Source: Paraspadella gotoi
Lineage: Eukaryota > Animalia > Chaetognatha
NCBI GenBank assembly: GCA_051294375.1
Contig: CM119265.1
Span: forward strand, 20,804,221 to 20,868,220
Length of the DNA stretch: 64,000 nt
Reading direction: 5' to 3'
The first letter of the stretch is position 1; the number at the start of each line of letters is the position of its first letter. The translations under genes and the position numbers were made by a program. Positions 1 to 11,800 of this stretch are shown in pieces. Below the pieces are notes generated by a model. It was not told where the DNA came from. It saw nothing but the letters and a program-made list of their open reading frames with translations, and searched no databases.

Positions 1-3000
1 GACGGAGGCATGGCGAATGATCAACGATACTCTCCAACAATTAGAGGTTCAAGAGGCGGAGGCGGAGACGGGCAAGGCAGCCGTCGTAAAGAAACTCAAG
101 GAAGAAAAAGAGAATCTCAAGTCGCGGGAGAAAAAACTCGAGGAGATGGCGTTAAAGATTTTCGCCAAGGCAAAAGAACAAAATGACAGGGAGAAGATGA
201 TCGACGAGAAGCTGGCGCTCGCGCAGAAAATCGACAATAAGGATAAAAAAGACAATCCATTGGCGAAAAACGCCGAGTTGCGGGAGGTCAACCTCAAAGA
301 GACCGAGGACGCTATTCGAGTGGAGAAAGAGGAACAGCGAAAAATACTGGAGGAACTCAACGCTGAGCTGGAAAAGCTTCGTTCTATGGAAAGGAGCATC
401 TACCAAGATAGAGAAGAGCTGAAGGATGAACGAAAAAGCCTTGACGAGCAGAAGAAGCTCGATGCGAGTCTTTTGGCCAGCGTCGCTAAAAATGGAACTA
501 AGGCCATCGCCGAGGTTCCCGGGAATTTTGACCTCCACGGAGGGACGTTTGGTGCCTTTGGGACCATCAGCGATTATGTTGACACAAATATTAACAATAT
601 CTCCGCAAAAACGAACGTTGTAATGAAAGAAATCGGGGATACACATCAAGTCGTCGTCGACAGCGAGGGTAAACTTCTGCAAACGATGAAAAAACTCGAA
701 GAGGAGAAAAAAAATCAGAGCAATATCCAAGCTCAGTTGGACGAAAAACTCAACACCATTTTAGAAATTGAAAAGCGATTGGAAATGAACAAAACGCAGG
801 ACTTCAAGGAGTTCGGGATAAAGGAGGCAGCCCTGTTGGAAAGACAGAATAAGCTTTTGGAGTTACAGCAAACTATAGATCATAACGGGAAGGACGAGGA
901 TAGGAAAGAACAAGAAATCGAGAAGAAGTTGCAAAGTATTGAAAACATGCAACAATTGATCGAAAACACGCTTAGGAATACCACCTCGTCCCTGGAAAAG
1001 ATTCAAAAGCTGAAATCAGAATTTGAGGAAAATGTGAAGCAAGTCGACGAAAAGCAAAAGGCGATGGAAGGGGCGAAGCAGGAACTAAAAGAAGCCGCAC
1101 TCACTATCACCGACGTTGGAACTAAATTAATTGAAAAACAGGGCCAATTAAAAAAACAAGAAGTGGACGCTTTAGATAATGTAAATTATTACGAGATAAA
1201 CATTTATAGCGTAATTGTAAAATTACGAGCTTATTATAATTATAAAGCTATATAGGAAAAAGTTTAAATTGTGATTCGGCAATGAATTTATTTAATAATA
1301 ATAAACGTTTATTATTATTAAAATAATTCATTGCCGAATCACAATTTAAACTTTTTCCTATGTCCCAAACGCAACGAAAAAAAAGGAAATTATAACAATT
1401 ATAAAGCTTGAAATTAGTTTTTAAAAAATCAGTATTTAATAATATTGTGGTCTCAGTAAATGAGGAACTAAATTTAATTCCGTTTTTCTGATTTGTGTTT
1501 TAGGTTGCTAAAATCGAAAAAAAAGAAACTGATCTTGCAAATGCTCTGGACGATGTAACTCAAGGGCTTAAAAAAGAAGAGAAAGAAAAACAGCGTGAAG
1601 AAATGAAATTAGAGAAGAAAAAGATGCAAATAAACGAAAAAGAGAAGGCAATTGTAGAAAAAGAACGTGTGCAAACTAGAAAGTCTGAAGTTATTGATGA
1701 AATTTTAAGCAAAACGGCCAAAATCCTAGATGAAAAAGTGAGGTCCATTACAGAGGCTGTGAGAAAAAATTTAAATAAAACTGTGGAAACGAAAAGTTAC
1801 AATGAAAAAAATTTAAATGGTACTTCTGAAGAAAATATCAGTACTGAGAAAAATAATCAAACGGTTTCTGAAACAGTAAAATCGAATGAAAATGCGACTA
1901 TGATTACAAGTATACAAATTAATAATGAAACTAAAGTTGAAATTTTGTTACAAAATAACTCAAAAAATGTGGCAAATAATTTAACGCCTCTTAATTATGA
2001 AGACCTTTATTCAGAAATAGGAAAATACCAGACTCCAATAAGTGGATTAACCGCGAGTACAAATATAAGTAAAACATCTACTGTCGAGGATTCCAATTTT
2101 TTCAGTTCTTTAAGTATATTAGAAGTCACCAGTAGCTTTTCAACCAGTTATGTCTCAACAACTTCAGCTACAAACACCACAGCTAGCATTTCAAACCAAT
2201 CAAGCCTTTTACCTGTCATCCCTAATCTACAAAGTACTAACTCTAAATCAAAAGAGAATATGAATAAAGATCACATGATTTATATAGGACCCGAGGTTGC
2301 TATTAACAATAAAGACAGAAATATAAATTTTGATATTTCGAAGCAAACTGAGGTTTCTGATGGAGAAGAAATTATGAATCAAACTATATTAATCGAGGTT
2401 AAGGAACGTACCAATACAAATGGTATGTGTAATTCTATAATAATGGTTAATGATTTATTAATAGTTTTTAAACAACTTTAATTTATATTTCAGAATCATC
2501 GGAAGAAGGCGTTTTTCTTCCACCTGAATATTCTGATTACGAGGCCGCCGAGAAAGAGGTTTTCATGCAAGCATAATTTTTGAAACATAGAATTAGTTAT
2601 TTAATTCTATATCTTCCAGACTGGTTCTAGTGCAAAAGGGAAAAAGAAGCACAAAGGATATATGGGAACAGCGGGTTGGGTTTTTATTGGATTATTAGTG
2701 TGTCTGGTTTGTATTCTTCTGGTGGTTATGACCGTTTTGCTGGTCCGCAGGAAGAAAAAGAAACAACAAGAGAACAATAATTCTAAAGCAACAAATTTCA
2801 AGTAAATAATATTTAGGATAAACTTATCGAACCAATATTTTTTGTAGTATTTATAATTCATGCTTTTGGCAAATTGGTTAACCTAGGCAAAAAGCTAGTT
2901 TAAAAAAAATTTAACATTTTTTTAATAGAGATTTCCGTTTGAATCTGACTACCAACTACAAACGCAATTGGGAGAGTTCCGGTAGAAAAGTTGTAGCGTT

Positions 3001-5745
3001 GCATCTCAAGAGCTTGACTTTTTGTTCTTGTGGCATTTTATTTTATTTTATTTTAATCAAATATCATTAACAACATGAAATTTATTTTCTCACAAAGATG
3101 GTAAAATCAAGTACAATGAACAATTTTGTATAAAGTTTTTAAGGCAGTGTTACGGATATATTGGTATTTTTTTTGCCCACTATTAAGTCCATAGCCCTTT
3201 TGGTTCCTGAGAGAATGATGCTCCAGCCTTTATTCAAATTATTCTAGCTGGCTGACTAAGCAATTTTTAAGACTGCTTTTTTGTGCGAAAATATTTTGTG
3301 CAAGATGAAGATGTCTATTCACTGCCTATAATTAGCTTGTCCTATATTGAAAAACTAAATAAAGAGGAGTGCTTATGGCTAGACAATTTAAAAAATTGGT
3401 AGTTTAAGCTTGATAGTGACCAGTGTATCACAGCATCCACTGCATAAAAGTTTTTTGTCTTAATTTTTCAAGAAAAATCAGTTTGAGAAGAGGGGAAATT
3501 CCTTAGCTATCCTGAGGTTCCAACCTGTAAAATCTTTTCTTTTTCTATTGGTGATTTAGAACTAGAAAGGTTTGTAAGCAGAAACTAAAGTTGTTATGAG
3601 CATACAACTTTTGTAAAGGTAAAAAATTAGAACTGCTTTTGGACACGGTTTTTTGTTCCATGAAGAATTTTTTCTAGCGATGCTGTGTTTTTTGTACTGG
3701 TTTTGTTAGCATGTTGAATGTTTTAAAGCGTTTTTAAGCAATAATTTTTATTTCAATTGGTATTATAAATTTTTGTTATTGGCATAAAGTTTACGAATAA
3801 TTGATTTTTCTTTTGTATCATCAGATTTGGCTCACGGGTAGAAATGAAAGAGAAATTTTACTTTTTTAAAATTACAAACGCGATTTCGATATGTTAGGGT
3901 TATAAATTAAACTTCAAAATGCTAGATTCTGATAGCCTTAGTTATATCTGAATTTCTCGACTTATTTTTCTTTTTTCATTTGGTGATGTTTTTGACACAA
4001 AACAAACAGATTTAAATAAAGTGGTCCGGTTTTCATCACGAAATTTTTATTTTAAAAGAAATTAAAAGGGAGGTTGAGATAAAAACTTGCATTTCCTTTC
4101 TTTTGAGAGAAGAGGAGTATTTGGATGGAATTGGTACCAAATCAAGACACAATCACAGGGCTCCAAGGATCAAGAAAATATAAATTTTTTTCATTTAAAT
4201 ATTTGCTTTTTTGATTTTCCACCAGCAAAAAGTAAACATTATCCTATTTTAGAGAACAGGGTCGTTTACTGAAAGGAGCTGGAAGACGTTCAACTTCTTC
4301 ATTTTGATGTTATTTTTCAATAATAAAATAGGCGAATTTTTAAATTATTTAACTCTCACAGGCTTCACAAGACATAACACTTTCATAATATCCCAATGTT
4401 AATATAATTTATTATATTTTTTTACCCAGAAATTATAAAAGGATAGAAAGTTATGGATTCCTTTTGTTTGTTAAGAAAAAGGGTAATTCAAATCAACTTC
4501 AAAATAGGCCAAAAGGCTCCTGGCGATTCCGAAAATGTATTCACTTTAAACATTTGATGCATTCTACGCCATTTTATATCGGTTTTAATTATAATTTAAA
4601 ATAAAAGAAACTTATCTGAAGAGCTGTAGGTAAAAAAAACCCAATCTATCTGCTATTTTTTATGATTTTTTTATTAGTGAATTTTAAAAATATAATAGAC
4701 ATTTTTAAATTTTAACTTGTATCCTAACTGGAACGCGTTTATCAAAATATCTATCTATTACCTTTTTATAAATGTTTTTAAGATTTCTTTACCATCTTAT
4801 TTAACTGAAGATTTTGTTCACGACTGGAAAACCAACAGAGTAACAATATTAATTCTTTAATTCTCCCCTTCTAAATTTCCCTTTACATTGTTTTAACTTC
4901 TTACCTAGAATTTTTTAACAACCAGATTGAAAAACAAATCTTTAAAAAATGTGCTTACCGATTTAACTTGACAATTTTGTTATTTACGATTTTTAAAAAA
5001 TAATTAAAAACAGAATGTTTACATATTAAAAAAATTTATTTTTTTGTGATTACTGATGACTATAATGTATTTCTTATGTATTAGCATCAATGATTAAGCA
5101 TTGTTATGGTGAATGACCCTTCCTCTTTAGGAAAAAAAAATTAATTAGCAGAATTATAAGTTTGTAAGAGGTAGTCAGAATCGGCGAAAATCTTAAAAGG
5201 CGAACATGTTGAAAAAAATCCTTAAAGTGAAACTTGAGAATTACAATATTCACATCATTCCTCATCTAACGATATAAAAATATATGAAAAAAATCTGTTG
5301 ACTTCTTTCGGAATAATTTTCTTCTAGTTAACCATACATTTTTTATTAAATTTTATTTTTATTTTACTATGTATACAATATTTTATACCGGTAAATTTAA
5401 ATTCGAGAATTTAATGAATTATTCCAATGTAAAATTAATTCAAATTTTTCCCAATTTTATATTTATAAATTTTAAAATAATTTAAAGAAAAAAGCTTAAA
5501 ATTTTTTTCTGCGGCTTTTTTTTTTTTCAAAAACTTTATTGGCAATTGATATCTTAACATTTTGTCTGGGCAGTGTGCCTTCAAGGTCGTCCCCGAGCCC
5601 CACGTTCGACTACAAACAAATCCACGAACACAACTATGCTTTCAGCGCGGGATACGTCGAAGACATGTCGAGAATGCCTGAAGCTACCTCTCCGTCCCTA
5701 AGCTATGGAGAAGTTCGAAAAACAAAATCAGTCAATATTCAATAA
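1..5745 (+). CDS. 3' part of a type I membrane protein: long K/E-rich coiled coil, Ser/Thr/Asn-rich stalk, one TM helix, Tyr-containing cytoplasmic tail (5' end outside the window)
   Basis: Phase-compatible exons are <1-1180, 1504-2422, 2494-2558 and 2620-2801 (TM: GWVFIGLLVCLVCILLVVMTVLLV followed by RRKKKK). Probable further exons are 2931-2981 (FPFESDYQLQTQLGEFR) and 5574-5745 (VPSRSSPSPTFDYKQI...SVNIQ*). AATAAA at 5764. The frame is open from the window start. The last two exons are less certain because of the tandem AGAG acceptor at 2927-2930. Confidence 0.75.
1252..1361. repeat. near-perfect 110-bp palindrome (MITE-like hairpin) in an intron
   Basis: ATAGGAAAAAGTTTAAATTGTGATTCGGCAATGAATT...AATTCATTGCCGAATCACAATTTAAACTTTTTCCTAT, centred on AAACGTTT at 1303-1310, with TA at both ends. 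Confidence 0.85.
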
Positions 5746-5827
5746 CCCTCACATTTTTTCATGAATAAAAAAAATTTAATTATTTTTTATTACATCGGAT
5801 TATTTTCCCTTAGAGATCCTTTTAAAC

Positions 5828-8800
5828 TTAAAGATCCGGTTGATCTTGCAGTAGGTCCCCATTTTCGACTGCTTTTAGTATTTCCTCTTTGCTCACATTT
5901 AGCAATGATTTCGTCAGCTTATTTGTTGCATCCTCGTCGCCCACCAATTCTCCCAATATTTTTAAATCCTTTTTAAGCTGAGTAACTGAATCTTCTTGAT
6001 TCCTGTTTTCTAGGTCCACAACCTCTTGCGTTTCGACATTATCTCGATCGTTATCAGCTTGTTTCCACTTGCTCAGAGGATTTAAATCCTTCCTCAGCTG
6101 AATGGAAGGATTATTTCCCTTTTCGAGAACCCTTTCAATTGCAGGTTTAAGCCTTAATTTAGGCGATTCTTCATTCCCCATCTCTCTGATGTCCGTCGGC
6201 ACCGCATTTATTTGGGCCTTAATCGCTTTTCTCCCTTTCACATTTGTCAACTGCTCCTTGGCCTCAATCATTTTCTCCATCTGAGAATTTGATGAAATTT
6301 CTGTGGCCTCAATAACCTTCCGCCCTTGAGAAAAAGCCGGCTTTTCCCTCGCCTTTTCAATTTTTGGCTTTGTCTCTTTTGTCCCGATAACCCTAATCCC
6401 TTTCGGTTTCGTCTCTTGCTCCCGTGCGAACTCCACTTTTCTCTCGCCTGACGCCTCCATCTCTTCAACACCGACTCCATTGTCGTTTTTCGTGTCTGTC
6501 GCCACGTGTGCTTGGATGTACCCAACCCCAGGATTCTCTACCGGTCCTTCTGGAAGATGGGCTTCCACCTCTTCCTCCGATTCGACGTTTAGCAGGGGAC
6601 TCTCATCTTTGAAGCCGATTCCGTCTTGATCAAAATTCGAAGGCCCCAAATTAACATCAACCTCCTCCTCGTGTTGAAGATCTGGATGGTCCTCTTCAAT
6701 GAAACTCTTGCGGGTGACCGCAGGTGCTTCTGGCTTCAGTTCCACCTAAAAAAAAAAAAAAAAAAAACTAATAAATTTTAAACATGTGCAAAAAAATTAA
6801 GAAATAATACCAACCAACAACAAAGAACTACAGAAAAAAAGTGTCTTTTTCTTTTTCGAATTCAGCCTTCAGCCTTAGTATAAAAGTGTTTGCTCACCTG
6901 TATATCTTCTTCGTCAGGGATTGGATACCCTCTATCCTCCTCCAAAAACCCTTTTTCGTTGTCGACTAATTTAGTTTCTCCTAAATTCACGTCCTCTAAT
7001 TCTTCGTCATTCTTGACGTCGGCGTGATCTTCGGCGGAGAATCCCTTCCCCTCATCGACGGGGATAGAGGGTGGCAGAGTGGCATCAACTTCCTCCTCGT
7101 ATGTGATATTGTGCTTCTCATTGGTGAAGGTAGTTTCAATGTCAGTGGCATTCGTTTCGGGCAGAGTGACGTTAAGCTCCTCTTCAGACGGGATCGTGAA
7201 ATTCCTGAAAAGACAGACTCCAAGCGATCAGGTTGAAGTTGGAGACAGATTCCCTTTTCATTGTTTAGTGTTTACGCCGTTAAAATTTACCTCTACAATC
7301 TCTACACTTACACTTACTACGTCCAACTGTCCATTTCTCATCATTCAAAATCAGTGAATATTCAATAACCCTGACATTTTTTCAGAAATAAAAAAAATAC
7401 TTCTTACCCCCTTCCACCTTTCATACCGTTTTTCGTCTAAAAATGCGACTCCAATATCATTGTTTAAATCCACAGGCGGAAGAGTAACGTTTTCTTTCTC
7501 CACATCCGTCGCCTTAAAATCTTTGTGATCTTCATCCAAGAAACCCATAGTTTTCTCATTCTTTTCCGAATCAGAGATCGTCACATTGTCCAGCTCTTCC
7601 TCGTTGGTGATGTTGTGTTTCTCCTGGCTGAAGCTGTTAAAGTCCTCGTTTCCAAGATCCGTGAAAGGGAGAGTGACGTTTTCCAGCTCCGTCTCATTGA
7701 ACACGGAGCCGGTGTGATTTTCCCGCAGGAAAGGGATACCTTCTTCAGCATCGAGGTCGACGACTGGAAGGGTCACATTGGCTTCCTCTTCAATGTCAAC
7801 GTGATGCTCCTCGCTCGTGTAGGCAACCCCTGTGTCGTTGAAGGTTGAGGGGGGCAACGTTGCGTCGGTCATTTCTTCTTCATCACTAAGGTTATCGTGA
7901 TTCTCGTCGAAAAATCCATGACCCTTGTCGACCGTGAAGGCTGGAAGAGTGACGTCGTCATCCTGCGATTAATGGCGACTTATAATAAACAGTTTTTCAC
8001 ACATAGGCCGTGACACATGAAAAATTTGTTTTTCTTTAACGGTAAGACTGAATTTTCACTTAAAAAGTTTTTTGATCTATTCTATCTATACCGACCGATG
8101 AGGATTGACGGGAATATTCTTAATTTTAAGTTTCATTTAAATCGAATTTTGGATATAGAAAATATTTTTTAAAAAACCTAAGAAAATCCGCCCCTTCCAG
8201 CTCTTTAGACGCAACACTATCTGAATATAATATTGAAGAGACAGTAATGATTGTTGTGAATTAGTGACTGAACCGTTCAATATAAGCAGTCCCTGAGCTT
8301 CGGATCAGGCTGTAACACCGTGTTACAGGCGGGTTAAGCCACCCGTCCCTCTTAACTGCTAGGCGACCACCGGGCTAGAACCCCGGACCTTTGGGTTGGG
8401 AGGCGAATGACTTGCCTCCTGCACCAATGGCCGCTGATGAACGGTTGGTGGATTTTAGTCCACCATAATATTCTATTTTTACAGCAATACTTCCCTGGGG
8501 CGTTTATAAAGTGCTATTCAGATTTGAACGAAAATCTCAATTGAAAAAATATTTTAAGATTTCTAAAAGCGAAGTCGACTCCTAACGGGTTTTATCGCTA
8601 ATCTGTGACGTTAAAAAGTTTTAACTCTTTTCTAAAGTTTTAAATTGTGAAAACAGATAAATTGAAGTGCAGCGTATATTGAAATGAATACTTCATTTCC
8701 ATAATAATTAAAGCAAACTCTCCTCAGACCGGTTCAGTTTCGATCGTGTAGTTTCTCGGCTCCTGCCTAAATCCGATTCCCTCGTCAACGGTTTCCGTCT

Positions 8801-11800
8801 CCGGGAGGGTGACTTCTGCTGTCTCCTCTTGCTCGATATCCTCGTGCTTTTCCTCGGTGAAGGCTTGACCTATATCATGATCGAGGTCGGTTGCAGGAAG
8901 ACTGGCATCCACGTCAGGTTCACTGAAAAAAATAATAGTACTCAAAGTAAAAAGTGAAAATTACAAAAATTAATGTTTTGAAAATTCTAAAGGCAATAAA
9001 AAAGTGCAAAAAATGGCACTGGTAATTAAGAGTCTAACCTTTTCAAGTTATGCTTTTCATTTTTAAATGAAAGCCCGTGATCTTGAATATTGTCGTCCGG
9101 AAGATGCACGTCAACGTCCTCCTCGTTTTCTATCACGTGCACCACGTTTGGTTCTATCGATTGTGTATGGTTTGTGGCTGCCAAGACAAATGTAGTAATT
9201 ATAAGTTTTTCACAAGCCTTTCTAATTTATTTAATTAATATTACTTGGAACTTTTCGGTTGTCGACCAGAATGTGCTTCTCCTCGTTAAAACCGACTCCG
9301 TGGTCATTAAGGTCCGCTGGTGGTAGAGAAATTTCTCTGTCCTCTTGTTCGATATTATTTACTTCTTCAATGTTGGAAATTGAGAGGCCATGATTGTTTT
9401 CTAGTTCATTTTCTTTGGGAGATATGTATCGACAATCATCGTCCAAGTGTATCTAAGAGAAAAGCTATTTATAATAAATATTAATTACAGTATCAAATAA
9501 GTAGAACAATGAACATACATCTGTTGTTCCATAAACTTTTCCCCCTGCAAGAATTTGTTTTTCGAAGGTTACAAGCTTTTCTCCATCAGGATTTTCCCAT
9601 GAACAACCAAAATTCTTTAACAAGTTCTCTCTGTGATTCTCCCACACGTTCATTTCCTCACTCCAAACGCTGACGTCATAGATGGTACCCTCAAATCCGT
9701 GCGACGCCGCATCAAAACCCGCTATTGATATGATTTCGTTTAACGATGATCTCATATCATTAAACCCAAGAATAAACACTATTCCATTTTCAAAAATAGT
9801 ATTAAGAGGAAGTTTAGAAGAGAGTATGAATTCCCTGGAATTGACAAAAAATCTATCTTGATTAAAGCAAAAGAGATTTATAGCTTTCTGGTTTCCATTA
9901 CTTAGCCTGATAACCTGAATAGTTTCATGATATTTAATTTGTATTTGGTAAATACCTTTTCCAAACATAACAAAAACAATTTGAAAAACAATATTATAAT
10001 GTAATCCACTTTTTTTAGCCAGACTAAATATGTTTCTTGAACCTTCTCTTGACTGAATAGACATTTTTAAACATACACTTAAATTGGTTTCACCTCTGAT
10101 TTGAATATCATCAAAATTAATATTTGTTGGGGGAGAAACAAGCATTCCATTGCTTATACCCCCAAATTCTACGAGGTAGTTGTCCGCTTCATCGGAGTTT
10201 TCAAACGCTAAATTATTTGTTTTCTCCTGTGTTTTTTCCTCCATGAAATGTGAAATATCTTGACCTTGTAAACTTATTTCTTTTTCAGCGTTGTCAAACT
10301 CATTATCGTGCTCTTTAAGTTTTATATCATGGGTCAATAATTCCTTCTCTTCATTCGCTATTTTTTTAGTATTTTTGTCCAAGTTTATTTTATTTTCTTG
10401 AATGCTTTTGTTATTTTTTTGAATTTCCTTACCTTCTTTGGAAATAAGCTCACTATTTGTCAGTGTATTTTCCTTAATGCTGTTTAATGATTCATTGGTT
10501 TGGTTTAATTTTACGGCTTGTAAGTCTTGTATCTCTTTTAATTCATTTGTTTTCTTAGCATTAAAGTCTATTTTCTCGGAGTTAATCAATAAACTTTTTT
10601 GAAGATTGTTAATATCGTTTTCTATTTCATGCATTTCCTGATCTTGTAAAGCATTGTGATTTTTTTGATAAGCAACAGAATTTTGTACATTTTGGAGTTC
10701 TTCTTTTGCCTTTTGCAAGTTATTAAAGGTAATAATTTTCCATTTTTTGTTTTCTTCTAACTGCTTTTTATTTTCTTCTGTTTTATTTTTATTTTGTAAT
10801 GCGAAATTAGCAACAGTTTCAATAATTTTTGTATTTTCTTCTATTTGTATAGCGCTTTTTTCTAATTTCTTCCCAATATTTTCAAGATACTTGTACAATT
10901 TTTCTAAAGAATTATTGGAATATTTTAATTGTCGCAGAAGAGAAGAAAATCCCGAGGAACTTTCTTCAGCTAGAGCTTGCAAAAGTCTTCGTTGTTTATC
11001 AATTTTTTCTTTATTAGAATTCAAGCTAAGGAACATTTCTTTTCTAATTTTATTTACCTCCGCTTCTGTTGAATTAAGATTCTCTTCTATTGCTTGAATT
11101 TCAGATTTTTTGGGAAATGTTTGAAAAATATTCATAAATTTAGTTTGAATAGCTTCTAACTTAGTAAGGCGATTCATATGGCTTTGAACTTTATTAATGA
11201 AAAATGTATTAGTTTTATTTTGATAGTTTTTTAGATTGTTTAAATTTTCCTTCATATCATTTATACTGTTTTCTAAAGTTTCTACAGATTTTGATAATCC
11301 AAATGTGATGTTTGCATTTTGTTCTATTTTTTTGGCTTTTTCTTGCAAACGTAAATCTATATTTTTTTCGTAATTTTTGGCTGTATTTACCATATTATTG
11401 ATCAAAAGTTTTATATTTCTTTCTAGGTTTATTGTTTGATTTTTAATGACGTCTATAAAATCTTTCATTGAATTTAGTTCTAATACGCTTGCTTTATTAT
11501 TTAAATCCTCTTCAACCTTTTGTATATGCTTATGTAACTTTTTATAGATTTTACCCTGAGTTTGAAGTTCTAGTTCCCATTTTGATTTAATTGTGTTTTT
11601 TTCTGCTTGCAAGATCCTAACTGTTTTATCTAGGCGTTTCATATCTGTTTCAGAAGCTTTAGTAATAAGAACATTATTGACTTGTTCCTCGAGATGCTTA
11701 GTTAAATTATGTAGGTTTTCCTTAAATTGATTTATTTGAATGCCAACATCCTTTTTAATCTCTATCAGCTGAGATCCTTGTTTATCTATATCCTCTTCGA

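Noticed and set aside
8430-8465. CTGATGA in the family A element as a hammerhead core (retrozyme)
   Set aside because: There is no correctly placed GAAA after a stem II. The TGA is part of the subterminal inverted repeat.
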